Source: Dehalococcoidia bacterium
Lineage (GTDB): Bacteria > Chloroflexota > Dehalococcoidia > SHYB01
Length of the DNA stretch: 64,000 nucleotides
Direction: 5' to 3'
Assembly: GCA_965220155.1 (NCBI GenBank)
Contig: OZ244810.1
Location: 3,553,302-3,617,301, forward strand
Shown here: positions 27,048 to 35,083 of the stretch, one piece after another
How positions within the stretch are numbered: position 1 is the stretch's first letter
Layout: each line of letters opens with the position of its first letter
Translations under genes and position numbers: made by a program
Notes under the pieces: generated by a model
The model's input: only the letters and a program-made list of their open reading frames with translations
The model's database searches: none
What the model was told of the DNA's origin: nothing

Positions 27048-29324
27048 CTAACCAGCGGCCCGCTGGAGGAGGTTGAGGGCAGAACCGGCCTTGAACCAGC
27101 CAACCTGCTCCTCGTTCAGCGTGTGCCTTAGCCGGACCCGGTCTTCCGAGCCGTCGTCGTGGTGGAGGGTCGCCTCCAGGGACTTACCCGGCGCTAGGGT
27201 CGACAGCCCGGCAATGCTGACACGGTCGGCCTCCCGCACTTTGTCGTGGTCCGTTGGATCGGAGAACGTGAGCGGCAAGACACCTTGCTTTTTCAGGTTG
27301 GACTCGTGGATCCGAGCGAAGCTCCGAACGATGATCGCCGCGGCGCCCAGGTACCGCGGCGACATGGCGGCATGCTCGCGGCTGCTCCCCTCTCCGTAGT
27401 TGGTGTCTCCGACGACCACCCAACGCAGCCCGCGCTCTTTGTAATCGCGAGCGGTATTAGGAAACGATTCATCCCGCTCACCGGTAACCTGATTCAGCCC
27501 CTTGCCGGGTTGTCCGGTGAAGGCGTTTACGGCTCCGAGGAACGCGTTGTCGCTAATTCGGTCGAGGTGGCCCCTGAACCGCAGCCATGGGCCGGCGGGA
27601 GAGATATGGTCCGTGGTGCATTTGCCTTGAGTCTTGGCCAACAGGTGCATGCGCGTAAAGTCGTTCCCGGCCCAGGCCGGGAAGGGCTCCAAGACCTGGA
27701 GTCGGGGACTGTCCGGCGCGACCTTCACCTCCACGGCACTGGCGTCCTCAGGAGGAGCGACATAGCCCGATACATCTCGGACGAACCCATTCGCGGGAAG
27801 CTCCGGGGCGAGAGCAGGAGGCGTCAGCCGGTACTCGGTCCCATCATCCCCGGTCACGCTGTCGGTCAGCGGATTGAAGGACAGCCGGCCTGCGAGACCA
27901 TAGGCAATGACCACCTCCGGGCTAGCAATAAAGGCCATCGTGTCCGCGCTGCCGTCATTGCGCTTAGGGAAGTTACGGTTGAACGACGTGATGATGGAGT
28001 TCTTTTCTCCGGCCTTCAGGTCGTCCCGCTGCCACTGGCCGATGCAGGGACCGCATGCGTTCGCCAGCACGGTACCGCCGATCTTCTGGAGATCTTCCAT
28101 CTGCCCATCCCGCTCTATCGTGGCCCGGATCATCTCTGACCCAGGCGTCACGAGCAGGTCACTCGCAACCTTGGACCCGTGGGCCTCGGCCTGCTTCGCG
28201 ATGTCGGCGGCGCGGCTGATGTCCTCGTAGGACGAGTTGGTGCAACTGCCGATGAGGGCCACGGAGATATGGTCGGGATATCCTTCCCGCGCCGCGTCCT
28301 CGCCAAGCTTGGATACGGGGCGCGCCAGATCGGGCGTATGGGGACCCACGACATGGGGCTCCAACGTTGAGAGGTCGATCTCGATAACCTCATCGAAGAA
28401 GCGATGCGGGTCCGCTTCGACCTCCGGGTCTGCGGTCAGGATAGCCGCGTTGGCCTGGGCCAGGTCCGCCTGGGCCTCTCGGCTGGTGCCCCGGAGGTAC
28501 AGGTCCATTCTGCGATCGAAGGGAAAGACAGACCCGGTCGCACCCAACTCGGCCCCCATGTTACAGGCGGTCGCCTTGCCGGTGCAGCTAATGCTCTGAA
28601 CGCCCGGGCCGAGGTATTCGATGACCCGGTTGGTCCCGCCGGCCACGGTCATCAGCCCGCACAGATAGAGGATCACATCCTTCGGCGCCGTCCACCCCCT
28701 CAGCTCGCCGGTCAATCTGACGCCTACAATCTTCGGATGCAGGACCTCCCAGGGGAAGTCCGCCATGACATCGACGGCGTCCGCGCCGCCGACTCCAACC
28801 GCGAGCATCCCCAGTCCCCCGGCGTTGGGGGTGTGGGAGTCGGTCCCGATCATCAGCCCTCCGGGAAAAGCGTAGTTCTCCAGGACCACCTGGTGGATGA
28901 TTCCGGACCCGGGCTTCCAGAACCCGATGCCATATTTTCGCGAAACGGACTCGAGGAACTGATAGACCTCGCTGTTCTCCTCAACCGCCTTTGTCGTGTC
29001 CGCGAGGGCCCCCAGCCGCGCCTGGATAAGGTGGTCGCAGTGTACGGTCGTAGGCACCGCGGCGGTCGTGCGTCCAGCGAGCATGAATTGGAGAAGAGCC
29101 ATCTGGGCCGTCGCGTCCTGCATCGCCAGCCGATCCGGCTTGAGGAGGAGGTAGCTCTCACCCCGAGTGAGGTCCTGCCCCCGAGGATCGGCCAGATGCC
29201 CGTACATGATTTTCTCCGCCAAGGTCAGCGGCCGGTTGAGGCGTCCCCTGATGATCCGCAGGTTGTCATGGACCTTCCCGTATGCTTCGGCAACGAATTC
29301 CGGTGTGGACTCGATCTGAGGCAT
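27048..29324 (-). CDS. Aconitate hydratase (about 750-aa type)
   Basis: 758 aa. HCDHLIQA, IGTDSHTPNAGGLG, GSCTNSSYED and ANACGPCIGQW (Fe-S cysteine ligands), GDTNYGEGSSREHAA. Confidence 0.95.
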   Translation of the reverse strand: MPQIESTPEFVAEAYGKVHDNLRIIRGRLNRPLTLAEKIMYGHLADPRGQDLTRGESYLLLKPDRLAMQDATAQMALLQFMLAGRTTAAVPTTVHCDHLIQARLGALADTTKAVEENSEVYQFLESVSRKYGIGFWKPGSGIIHQVVLENYAFPGGLMIGTDSHTPNAGGLGMLAVGVGGADAVDVMADFPWEVLHPKIVGVRLTGELRGWTAPKDVILYLCGLMTVAGGTNRVIEYLGPGVQSISCTGKATACNMGAELGATGSVFPFDRRMDLYLRGTSREAQADLAQANAAILTADPEVEADPHRFFDEVIEIDLSTLEPHVVGPHTPDLARPVSKLGEDAAREGYPDHISVALIGSCTNSSYEDISRAADIAKQAEAHGSKVASDLLVTPGSEMIRATIERDGQMEDLQKIGGTVLANACGPCIGQWQRDDLKAGEKNSIITSFNRNFPKRNDGSADTMAFIASPEVVIAYGLAGRLSFNPLTDSVTGDDGTEYRLTPPALAPELPANGFVRDVSGYVAPPEDASAVEVKVAPDSPRLQVLEPFPAWAGNDFTRMHLLAKTQGKCTTDHISPAGPWLRFRGHLDRISDNAFLGAVNAFTGQPGKGLNQVTGERDESFPNTARDYKERGLRWVVVGDTNYGEGSSREHAAMSPRYLGAAAIIVRSFARIHESNLKKQGVLPLTFSDPTDHDKVREADRVSIAGLSTLAPGKSLEATLHHDDGSEDRVRLRHTLNEEQVGWFKAGSALNLLQRAAG

Positions 29325-29492
29325 GGCACCTACCCTACCCGAAGAATAGCGAGGCTCGAAACGCAGTCAGACGGTTTCAGGGCCTCGTCGACGCCCCCGT
29401 ATCCAACTAGGGTCGGCAGAGGAACCTCGTTACGAGGCCTTGCACGTATGGAGCATGAAGGTCCCGACGACGGCGACCTCTCGGGACGGGGC

Positions 29493-29750
29493 CTATTGAA
29501 AATATTCAGCGTTCTTCTGGACGAAGCTCTTCCACTCTTCTGGCACGGCGCTCTCTTCGAAGATCGCGGTGACGGGGCACACGGGCTCGCAGGCCGCGCA
29601 ATCGATGCACTCATCCGGATGGATGTACAGCATGTCCGCAGCATCGAAGCCATCGTCGCCCGGGCGGGGATGGATACAGTCCACCGGGCAGACCTCCACA
29701 CACGAGGCATCCTTCACCCCTATGCATGGCTCCACAATGATATAGGCCAT
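29493..29750 (-). CDS. fdxA: 7Fe ([3Fe-4S][4Fe-4S]) ferredoxin
   Basis: 85 aa. CIGVKDASCVEVCP (C-x7-C-x3-CP) and CIDCAACEPVCP (C-x2-C-x2-C-x3-CP). Confidence 0.85.
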   Translation of the reverse strand: MAYIIVEPCIGVKDASCVEVCPVDCIHPRPGDDGFDAADMLYIHPDECIDCAACEPVCPVTAIFEESAVPEEWKSFVQKNAEYFQ

Positions 29751-29835
29751 CGACTTGGGTCCTCCCTCAGCTAGCTCACCATCGGCGGTGAGTCCTTTCG
29801 ATCTCAGGCGCCCCCGGGGCCAGGCTCAAGCCATA

Positions 29836-29912
29836 TGGTAGCGCATAGGGGATTCGAACCCCTGATCTCCGCCTTGAGAGGGCGGCGTCCTGGGCCGCTA
29901 GACCAATGCGCC
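29836..29912 (-). tRNA. tRNA-Glu (anticodon CUC), CCA encoded
   Basis: Hand-folded: GGCGCAU UG GUCU AGCGGCCCA GGAC G CCGCC CUCUCAA GGCGG AGAUC AGGGG UUCGAAU CCCCU AUGCGCU A CCA. All four stems pair (G1-U72 wobble) and it closely resembles the E. coli tRNA-Glu core. Confidence 0.9.
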
Positions 29913-29916
29913 ACAT

Positions 29917-29990
29917 TGGCTGGGGATCCTGGATTCGAACCAGGGCTAACAGATCCAGAGTCTGCCGTCCTACCGCTAGACGAATCCCCA
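29917..29990 (-). tRNA. tRNA-Gln (anticodon CUG), CCA encoded
   Basis: Hand-folded: UGGGGAU UC GUCU AGCGGUA GGAC G GCAGA CUCUGGA UCUGU UAGC CCUGG UUCGAAU CCAGG AUCCCCA G CCA. U1-A72 is typical of bacterial tRNA-Gln. It lies 4 nt upstream of tRNA-Glu. Confidence 0.9.
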
Positions 29991-30030
29991 ACCGGCAGGA
30001 CTCCGGTCACCGGCAGCCCCGGCCAAGGTT

Positions 30031-30059
30031 AGTGTACCGTTCCGGCCATAACCCGGCAA
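30031..30059 (-). promoter_or_regulatory. Candidate promoter for the tRNA-Gln/tRNA-Glu pair
   Basis: Minus strand reads TTGCCG (30059..30054)-N17-TACACT (30036..30031), about 40 nt upstream of the tRNA-Gln 5' end. Consensus match only. Confidence 0.4.
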
Positions 30060-30105
30060 GCCCGTCATCTCTGATACAGGACGTTTGTCATGCTCCAGTT
30101 TCTCC

Positions 30106-30135
30106 TTGACATCGAGAGGGACTCCTCAGTATCGT
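30106..30135 (+). promoter_or_regulatory. Candidate sigma70-type promoter for the DUF35-thiolase operon
   Basis: TTGACA (30106..30111)-N18-TATCGT (30130..30135), about 80 nt upstream of the proposed TTG start at 30217. Consensus match only. Confidence 0.45.
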
Positions 30136-30216
30136 GCGGTGCGGTTAAGCCCCACCCAACTCAGACAGCAGCGAGCTCTGCTCGACGGCCGCGATGCGAG
30201 AAAGTCGAGGTGCACT

Positions 30217-30624
30217 TTGGCCGAATATGCCGGCCCACTCCCCAAAGCAACCCCGGAAACGGAGCGCTTCTGGACTGGCTTGAGAGAGCACAAGCTCATG
30301 ATCCAGAGGTGCAAGGACTGCTCCAAGGCATACTTCTACCCGCGTCCTTTCTGTCCTGCATGCCACTCTTGGAACACCGAATGGTTCCAGGCCAACGGCA
30401 AAGGGAAGCTGTACAGCTTCGTCATCCCCCAGCGGCCGTTGCCGCACATGGGCGACGGCGCATATGTGATCGCGATCATCGAGCTGGATGAGGGGCCCCG
30501 GATGATGAGCAACCTTATCGGCATCGATCCCGACCCCGATAAGATCGGTTGCGACATGCCGGTCGTCATTGACTACGCCGACGTGACGGATGAAGTCACG
30601 CTGCCCAAGTTCCGCCCGGCCTAG
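30217..30624 (+). CDS. Zn-ribbon/OB-fold DUF35 family protein (thiolase partner)
   Basis: ETERFWTGLREHKLMIQRCKDCSKAYFYPRPFCPACHS (rubredoxin-like C-x2-C...C-x2-C), then OB-fold GKLYSFVI...VIAIIELDEGPRMMSNL. Start placed at TTG 30217 (GAGGTG SD) to give about 135 aa; the track ORF starts at 30085. Confidence 0.8.
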   Translation: MAEYAGPLPKATPETERFWTGLREHKLMIQRCKDCSKAYFYPRPFCPACHSWNTEWFQANGKGKLYSFVIPQRPLPHMGDGAYVIAIIELDEGPRMMSNLIGIDPDPDKIGCDMPVVIDYADVTDEVTLPKFRPA

Positions 30625-30639
30625 CCGAAGGAGAACGAC

Positions 30640-31806
30640 ATGATCCCCAGGGACCTGCGCGGCACCGTCGCGATTGTGGGAGCCGACGAGGCCGACGAAA
30701 TCGGTCTTGTACCCGGGAAGTCCGTCCTTACGCTTCAGGCGGAGGCGGTCCGCAACGCCGTCACCGATGCTGGACTCAAGATCTCGGATATCGACGGCAT
30801 TTTCACCGCTGGCGGGGGCTTTGCGCCCAGCTCCGTCCTGGGCGAGTATCTGGGAATCTCGCCCCGGTACACCGACGGGACCAGCGTCGGCGGATGCTCT
30901 TTCATTCTCATGGTCGAGCATGCCATGCTGGCGCTCCACGCTGGCATTATCGACGTGGCCGTCGTCGCCCACGCCGAAAGCGGCAGATCACGCATAGGCG
31001 CGGGGGGGGGCGGGTTCAATGCCGATGGGACCGTCGGCCAATTCGAGTCGCCTTTTGGGGTAGTCGGGGCGCCGACTACCTTCTCGCTCCCTGCGACCCG
31101 GCACATGCATGAGTTCGGGACGACCCGGGAGCAAATGGCCTGGGTCTCGGTCTCTACCCGCAAATGGGCGCAGATGCACCCCAAGGCCATGATGAAGGAC
31201 GACCTCGACCTTGACGGGGTGCTGAACTCGAGGATGGTCGTATGGCCCTACAACCTTCTGATGTGCTGCCTGGTCACGGATGCGGCCGGAGCGATCGTCC
31301 TCACGCGCTCCGACCGGGCCAGGGACCTGAAACAGAAGCCGGTCTACGTACTTGGAACAGGCGAGGGGACCGAGCACGCCATGATCAGTCAGATCGCAGA
31401 CCTGACAACGTCAAAAGCGGCGCGTACGTCCGGGAAGGCCGCCTTCGAGATGGCCGGCGTTTCTCACAAGGAGATCGACGTTGCGGAGCTCTATGACGCC
31501 TTCTCCTTCACTCCCATGATCGCCCTCGAGGACCTCGGGTTTGTGGGGCGCGGCGAGAGCGGGCCGTTCGTCGAGAACGGCCGGACGGGGCCGGGCGGTG
31601 ATTTCCCCATGAACACCAATGGCGGGGGGCTTTCCTACACGCACTCGGGAATGTACGGGATGTTCACCTTGATTGAGCTGACGCGCCAGCTCCGGGGTAC
31701 CGAGGGCCAGCGACAGGTCAAGGACGCCAAGATCGGCCTAGCCCACGGGCCCGGAGGCATGCTCTCCGCCGCAGCAACGCTCATCGCCGGAAACGAAATC
31801 CCCTGA
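30640..31806 (+). CDS. Thiolase-fold protein (SCP-x/lipid-transfer-type, DUF35-associated)
   Basis: 388 aa. GAAGGAG SD. VAIVGADEADE..., NTNGGGLSYTHSGMYGM, GLAHGPGG. The pairing with the upstream DUF35 gene is typical. Confidence 0.85.
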   Translation: MIPRDLRGTVAIVGADEADEIGLVPGKSVLTLQAEAVRNAVTDAGLKISDIDGIFTAGGGFAPSSVLGEYLGISPRYTDGTSVGGCSFILMVEHAMLALHAGIIDVAVVAHAESGRSRIGAGGGGFNADGTVGQFESPFGVVGAPTTFSLPATRHMHEFGTTREQMAWVSVSTRKWAQMHPKAMMKDDLDLDGVLNSRMVVWPYNLLMCCLVTDAAGAIVLTRSDRARDLKQKPVYVLGTGEGTEHAMISQIADLTTSKAARTSGKAAFEMAGVSHKEIDVAELYDAFSFTPMIALEDLGFVGRGESGPFVENGRTGPGGDFPMNTNGGGLSYTHSGMYGMFTLIELTRQLRGTEGQRQVKDAKIGLAHGPGGMLSAAATLIAGNEIP

Positions 31807-31948
31807 TTCCCGGGACCGTCAAGCGTCCCGCTCCGCGCCTCTTCTGTCACCCGGATAGAGCAGGATAGCACCCGGATAGCACCCGCAAAGAGCAGGATTG
31901 GGACGCCCGGCCCCGCGACGCCCATGGCCGTCCTGCGGGACAGGGGCC

Positions 31949-32920
31949 TCAGGGGCTGAGGACAACCTTGCCGAAGTTCTTGCGCTGCGCCACGTATCGG
32001 TGGGCGTCCGCGGTCTCGCTCAACGGGAAGACGCGGTCGACGACAGTCCGCATCTCGCCCTTAGCGCAGAGGTCCATGATTTTCGCAAGCTCGGCCATGA
32101 CGCCCCCGTAGCCCATTTGCCGCGCCAGGGAAAAGCTGTTGAAACTGCAGTTCTTAACCGCCAATGCCGCCATATCGGGGGTGACGTTGCTGCGGCTGCT
32201 GTTGCCTACGGTCACAAGCCGCCCCATGGGGGCCATGGCCTGGATGCTTTTTGTCAGGACCTCCCCACCTACTGATTCCAAGACGACGTTGACTCCCCTC
32301 TGGTCAGTCGCGTCCATTACGGCTGGCAGGAAATCATCCTTCTCGTAGTTGATCGCGAGGTCGGCGCCCAGATCGCGGGCCTTCGCGACCTTTTCGTCGG
32401 TCCCCGCCGTCGTGAACACTTTGGCGCCCAAATGCTTGGCTATCTGAATCCCAGCGATTCCGACTCCGCTGCCTCCCGACTGCACGATCACCGTTTCCCC
32501 GGCCTCGATCCTCGCCACCCTTACCAAGGCGTACCAGGACGTCAGGAATACCATAGGTATCGTCGCGGCCTCGTCGAACGAGATGTTTCCCGGTATTGGG
32601 AAGGCTCCCGCTCGGCTGACCGCCACGAGCTCCGCGTAGCCGCCCTGCGGCAGGGTAGCGACGACCCGCTCTCCACGTGCGCGGTCATTGACGTCGGAGC
32701 CAATCTCCTCGATGGTGCCCGCCACCTCCCACCCTGGAACGAAGGGCAGAGGAGGAGCATTGCCCGCGTAGGAGCCTTCCCTGCGGAACAGGTCTCCTCG
32801 GTTGATCGCGGCGGAACGGACACGGACAAGGACCTGCCGGGGCCCGATCTCGGGGTCCGGCAGGTCTCCATAGATGAAGTTGTCCTCGCTGCCGAAATCT
32901 TCAACGAACGCTGCCTTCAT
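31949..32920 (-). CDS. NADPH:quinone oxidoreductase / zinc-type alcohol dehydrogenase superfamily (MDR) protein
   Basis: 323 aa. MKAAFVEDFG..., VLVRVRSAAINRGD, GETVIVQSGGSGVGIAGIQIAK, GKVVLSP C-terminus. Confidence 0.85.
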   Translation of the reverse strand: MKAAFVEDFGSEDNFIYGDLPDPEIGPRQVLVRVRSAAINRGDLFRREGSYAGNAPPLPFVPGWEVAGTIEEIGSDVNDRARGERVVATLPQGGYAELVAVSRAGAFPIPGNISFDEAATIPMVFLTSWYALVRVARIEAGETVIVQSGGSGVGIAGIQIAKHLGAKVFTTAGTDEKVAKARDLGADLAINYEKDDFLPAVMDATDQRGVNVVLESVGGEVLTKSIQAMAPMGRLVTVGNSSRSNVTPDMAALAVKNCSFNSFSLARQMGYGGVMAELAKIMDLCAKGEMRTVVDRVFPLSETADAHRYVAQRKNFGKVVLSP

Positions 32921-33051
32921 CGGCTCCTCCCTGGACCTTCCAATGCACGGGATCTCGTCTGCGGATGCCCCGGATTGTATGAAGGGTGTAGAGGGACGTC
33001 AATCCGATGCCATGAGGCGGGCTATCGAGGGTCATAGCCGGCAGTCTCCTT

Positions 33052-33060
33052 TGATAGAAT
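33052..33060 (+). promoter_or_regulatory. Candidate extended -10 element upstream of hisG
   Basis: TGATAGAAT (TGn + TAGAAT) at 33052..33060. There is no good -35. It would place the transcription start near the listed GTG 33067, which favours a downstream hisG start. Confidence 0.3.
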
Positions 33061-33141
33061 GGGCTTGTGACAGCCTCGGATGCATCCATCGCGTCTCTCG
33101 CGCCACCTCCCAGCGCGCCCCTTGATGGGGGAGGTCTGCGA

Positions 33142-34143
33142 TTGGCCCTTCCCGGCGACCGGCAGATGGAAGGAGAGACGCTCGATTTCCTGAACAACTG
33201 CGGACTGACTGTGCGCAGGCCCAGCCCCAGGCAATACGTCGGTGAAGTGGCGAACCTGGAAGGCGTCTCCGTCCTGTTCCAGCGTTCAGCGGATATTCCC
33301 GGCCAGCTCGACGCCGGTGCGGTTGACCTGGCAATCGTCGGCTATGAGCGTTACCTGGAAAGCCGGGCCGAAGACGGCGAATCAACCGTCGTCATCGCGG
33401 ACCTCGGCTACAGCCGGGCCCGGTTGGTCGTAGCCGTTCCCAACCGCTGGGCCGGCGTATCGACTATGGCCCATTTGGCCGCACGGGCGAGGGCAGCCGT
33501 CGCAGACAACACCGCCCTTCGGGTCGCGACCAAGTACCATCGCCAGGTAGGCCGCTTCCTAGAGCACCATGGGGTTACCGGTTTCCGGCTCGTCCACGTC
33601 ACAGGCGGGGTCGAAGCGGCTCCTCTCATCGACACCGCCGACGTCGTGAGCGACCTGACATCCACGGGCGGGACCCTTCGCGAAAACGATCTCAAGGTCC
33701 TCGAAGATGGAGTCATTACCTCCTCGGCTGCGTGCCTTATCGCCAACAAGCGCCTCCTCAGGGAGAACGAGGCCAAACTGCTAGCTGTCAAATCGGTCTT
33801 GGAGCTCATCGAAGCAAGACTGCGGGCCGGGGGGCTCTACAGCATCATCGCCAACGTCCAAGGGCGGTCCGTGGAAACGGTCGCTCATAGGGTCATGAGC
33901 AACCCGGACCTGGCTGGAATGCAGGGGCCGACAGTCGCCAGGGTGGTGAGCAAGAGTGGGGAGCAGGACTGGCACTCGGTCTCGGTGGTGGTGCCGATGT
34001 CCGGACTCGCCCGGGGAGTCGACCATCTCCGCCAGATCGGCGCGAGCGGCGTCGTGGTCTTCCCGGCGTACTACGTGTTCGGGGGGCAGTGCGAGGCCTA
34101 CGAGAGGCTGCTAGCCGACCTCGGGCCGGAGGATGGGAAGTGA
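33142..34143 (+). CDS. hisG: ATP phosphoribosyltransferase, long form with C-terminal regulatory domain
   Basis: LALPGDRQMEGETLDFLNNCGL..., DLAIVGYE, SDLTSTGGTLREN, and a C-terminal ~90-aa regulatory domain. Start placed at TTG 33142 (GGGGGAGG SD 7 nt upstream); the track ORF begins at GTG 33067. Confidence 0.85.
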   Translation: MALPGDRQMEGETLDFLNNCGLTVRRPSPRQYVGEVANLEGVSVLFQRSADIPGQLDAGAVDLAIVGYERYLESRAEDGESTVVIADLGYSRARLVVAVPNRWAGVSTMAHLAARARAAVADNTALRVATKYHRQVGRFLEHHGVTGFRLVHVTGGVEAAPLIDTADVVSDLTSTGGTLRENDLKVLEDGVITSSAACLIANKRLLRENEAKLLAVKSVLELIEARLRAGGLYSIIANVQGRSVETVAHRVMSNPDLAGMQGPTVARVVSKSGEQDWHSVSVVVPMSGLARGVDHLRQIGASGVVVFPAYYVFGGQCEAYERLLADLGPEDGK

Positions 34144-34145
34144 CC

Positions 34146-34319
34146 ATGCGCCGCGACGGGGAAGGCCGAGAAGAGCGGCGCGCTCGCCGCCGTAACAACA
34201 AAGGGCGGGCGTGGCGCATCATCAGCACGGCCGTCGCGATTACCCTGGTGATTGTGCTGGTCCTGAGCATGACCGTAGCTTTCTTCGACGGAGGGGGCGG
34301 AGGGGCCCCTACGGGATAG
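34146..34319 (+). CDS. Small (57-aa) single-pass membrane protein, hypothetical
   Basis: ATG lies 2 nt after the hisG stop. MRRDGEGREERRARRRNNKGRAWRIISTAVAITLVIVLVLSMTVAFFDGGGGGAPTG has an Arg-rich N-terminus and one clear TM helix. No family recognised. Confidence 0.4.
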   Translation: MRRDGEGREERRARRRNNKGRAWRIISTAVAITLVIVLVLSMTVAFFDGGGGGAPTG

Positions 34320-34324
34320 AGCTC

Positions 34325-35083
34325 ATGCCCAACCTGGGACTGCACATAGGGTTCGCACTGGACTGTGCCAGTAACCTCGGTCACCCGATCGTGGAAGAGC
34401 ACCGCGGCGCCTTCCTGCTAGGATGCACGACCCCGGACATCCGGCTCTTCGCCGGGTGGGAGAGGGAGAGGACTCACTTCTTCGACCTGGCGCGAGACCC
34501 TCAGGGCGCGGGCGTTCAGGGGATGATGGAGAGCCATCCACACCTGCGGAGCTCCGAGCGATTGAGCCGCGAGACGGTGGCATTCCTCCTCGGCTACATG
34601 ACCCACCTGCACACCGACGAGACCTGGATAGTCCAGGTGTGGAGACGCTTCTTCGGCCGCGGGTCGGCTCTTTCAACGGACTCCATGGTCCACATCCTGG
34701 ACCGGGCCTTTCAGTTTGAGTTGGACCGCAGCGAGCGGCAACAGATCGTGGACCTGGAGGGGGCCGTGGAGAGCATCAAGGGAGCCTATGCGGGGGTGGA
34801 GGTGGGATTCATCGAAGGGGACCTTCTCCGGGCTTGGCAAGAAGCCGTGATCGATCGGGTCGGGCGCGACCTTTCATGGGACCGCTTTCGCGGCCTCATT
34901 CACCGGGTCTACGGCCCGGCCGATGAGGCCGAGGTGGATGCGATCTTGGCGATGGTGCCGCAGATCTTGGAGAAGGTCCGTGCGCAGGTGGATGACTCGG
35001 AAGTAAGGGCGTTCCGCAATAGCTCGGTCACTGCATTCGTAGAAAGCGCCACGGCGTATCTCGCCGAGGGGCGTATCGAGTGA
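34325..35083 (+). CDS. Hypothetical metal-dependent hydrolase, possibly zinc-dependent phospholipase C-like family
   Basis: MPNLGLHIGFALDCA...FLLGCTTPDIRLF...THFFD...LLGYMTHLHTDETW. The His/Asp pattern resembles Zn-dependent PLC-like proteins, but the family call is weak. It sits inside the his cluster. Confidence 0.4.
   Translation: MPNLGLHIGFALDCASNLGHPIVEEHRGAFLLGCTTPDIRLFAGWERERTHFFDLARDPQGAGVQGMMESHPHLRSSERLSRETVAFLLGYMTHLHTDETWIVQVWRRFFGRGSALSTDSMVHILDRAFQFELDRSERQQIVDLEGAVESIKGAYAGVEVGFIEGDLLRAWQEAVIDRVGRDLSWDRFRGLIHRVYGPADEAEVDAILAMVPQILEKVRAQVDDSEVRAFRNSSVTAFVESATAYLAEGRIE

Noticed and set aside
28404-29774. 456-aa + strand ORF
   Set aside because: It is antisense to the aconitase and ferredoxin genes.
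29776-30216. Possible integration hotspot, integrase or prophage next to the tRNA pair
   Set aside because: The flanks hold ordinary metabolic genes. I saw no integrase, no direct repeat of the tRNA 3' end and no compositional break.
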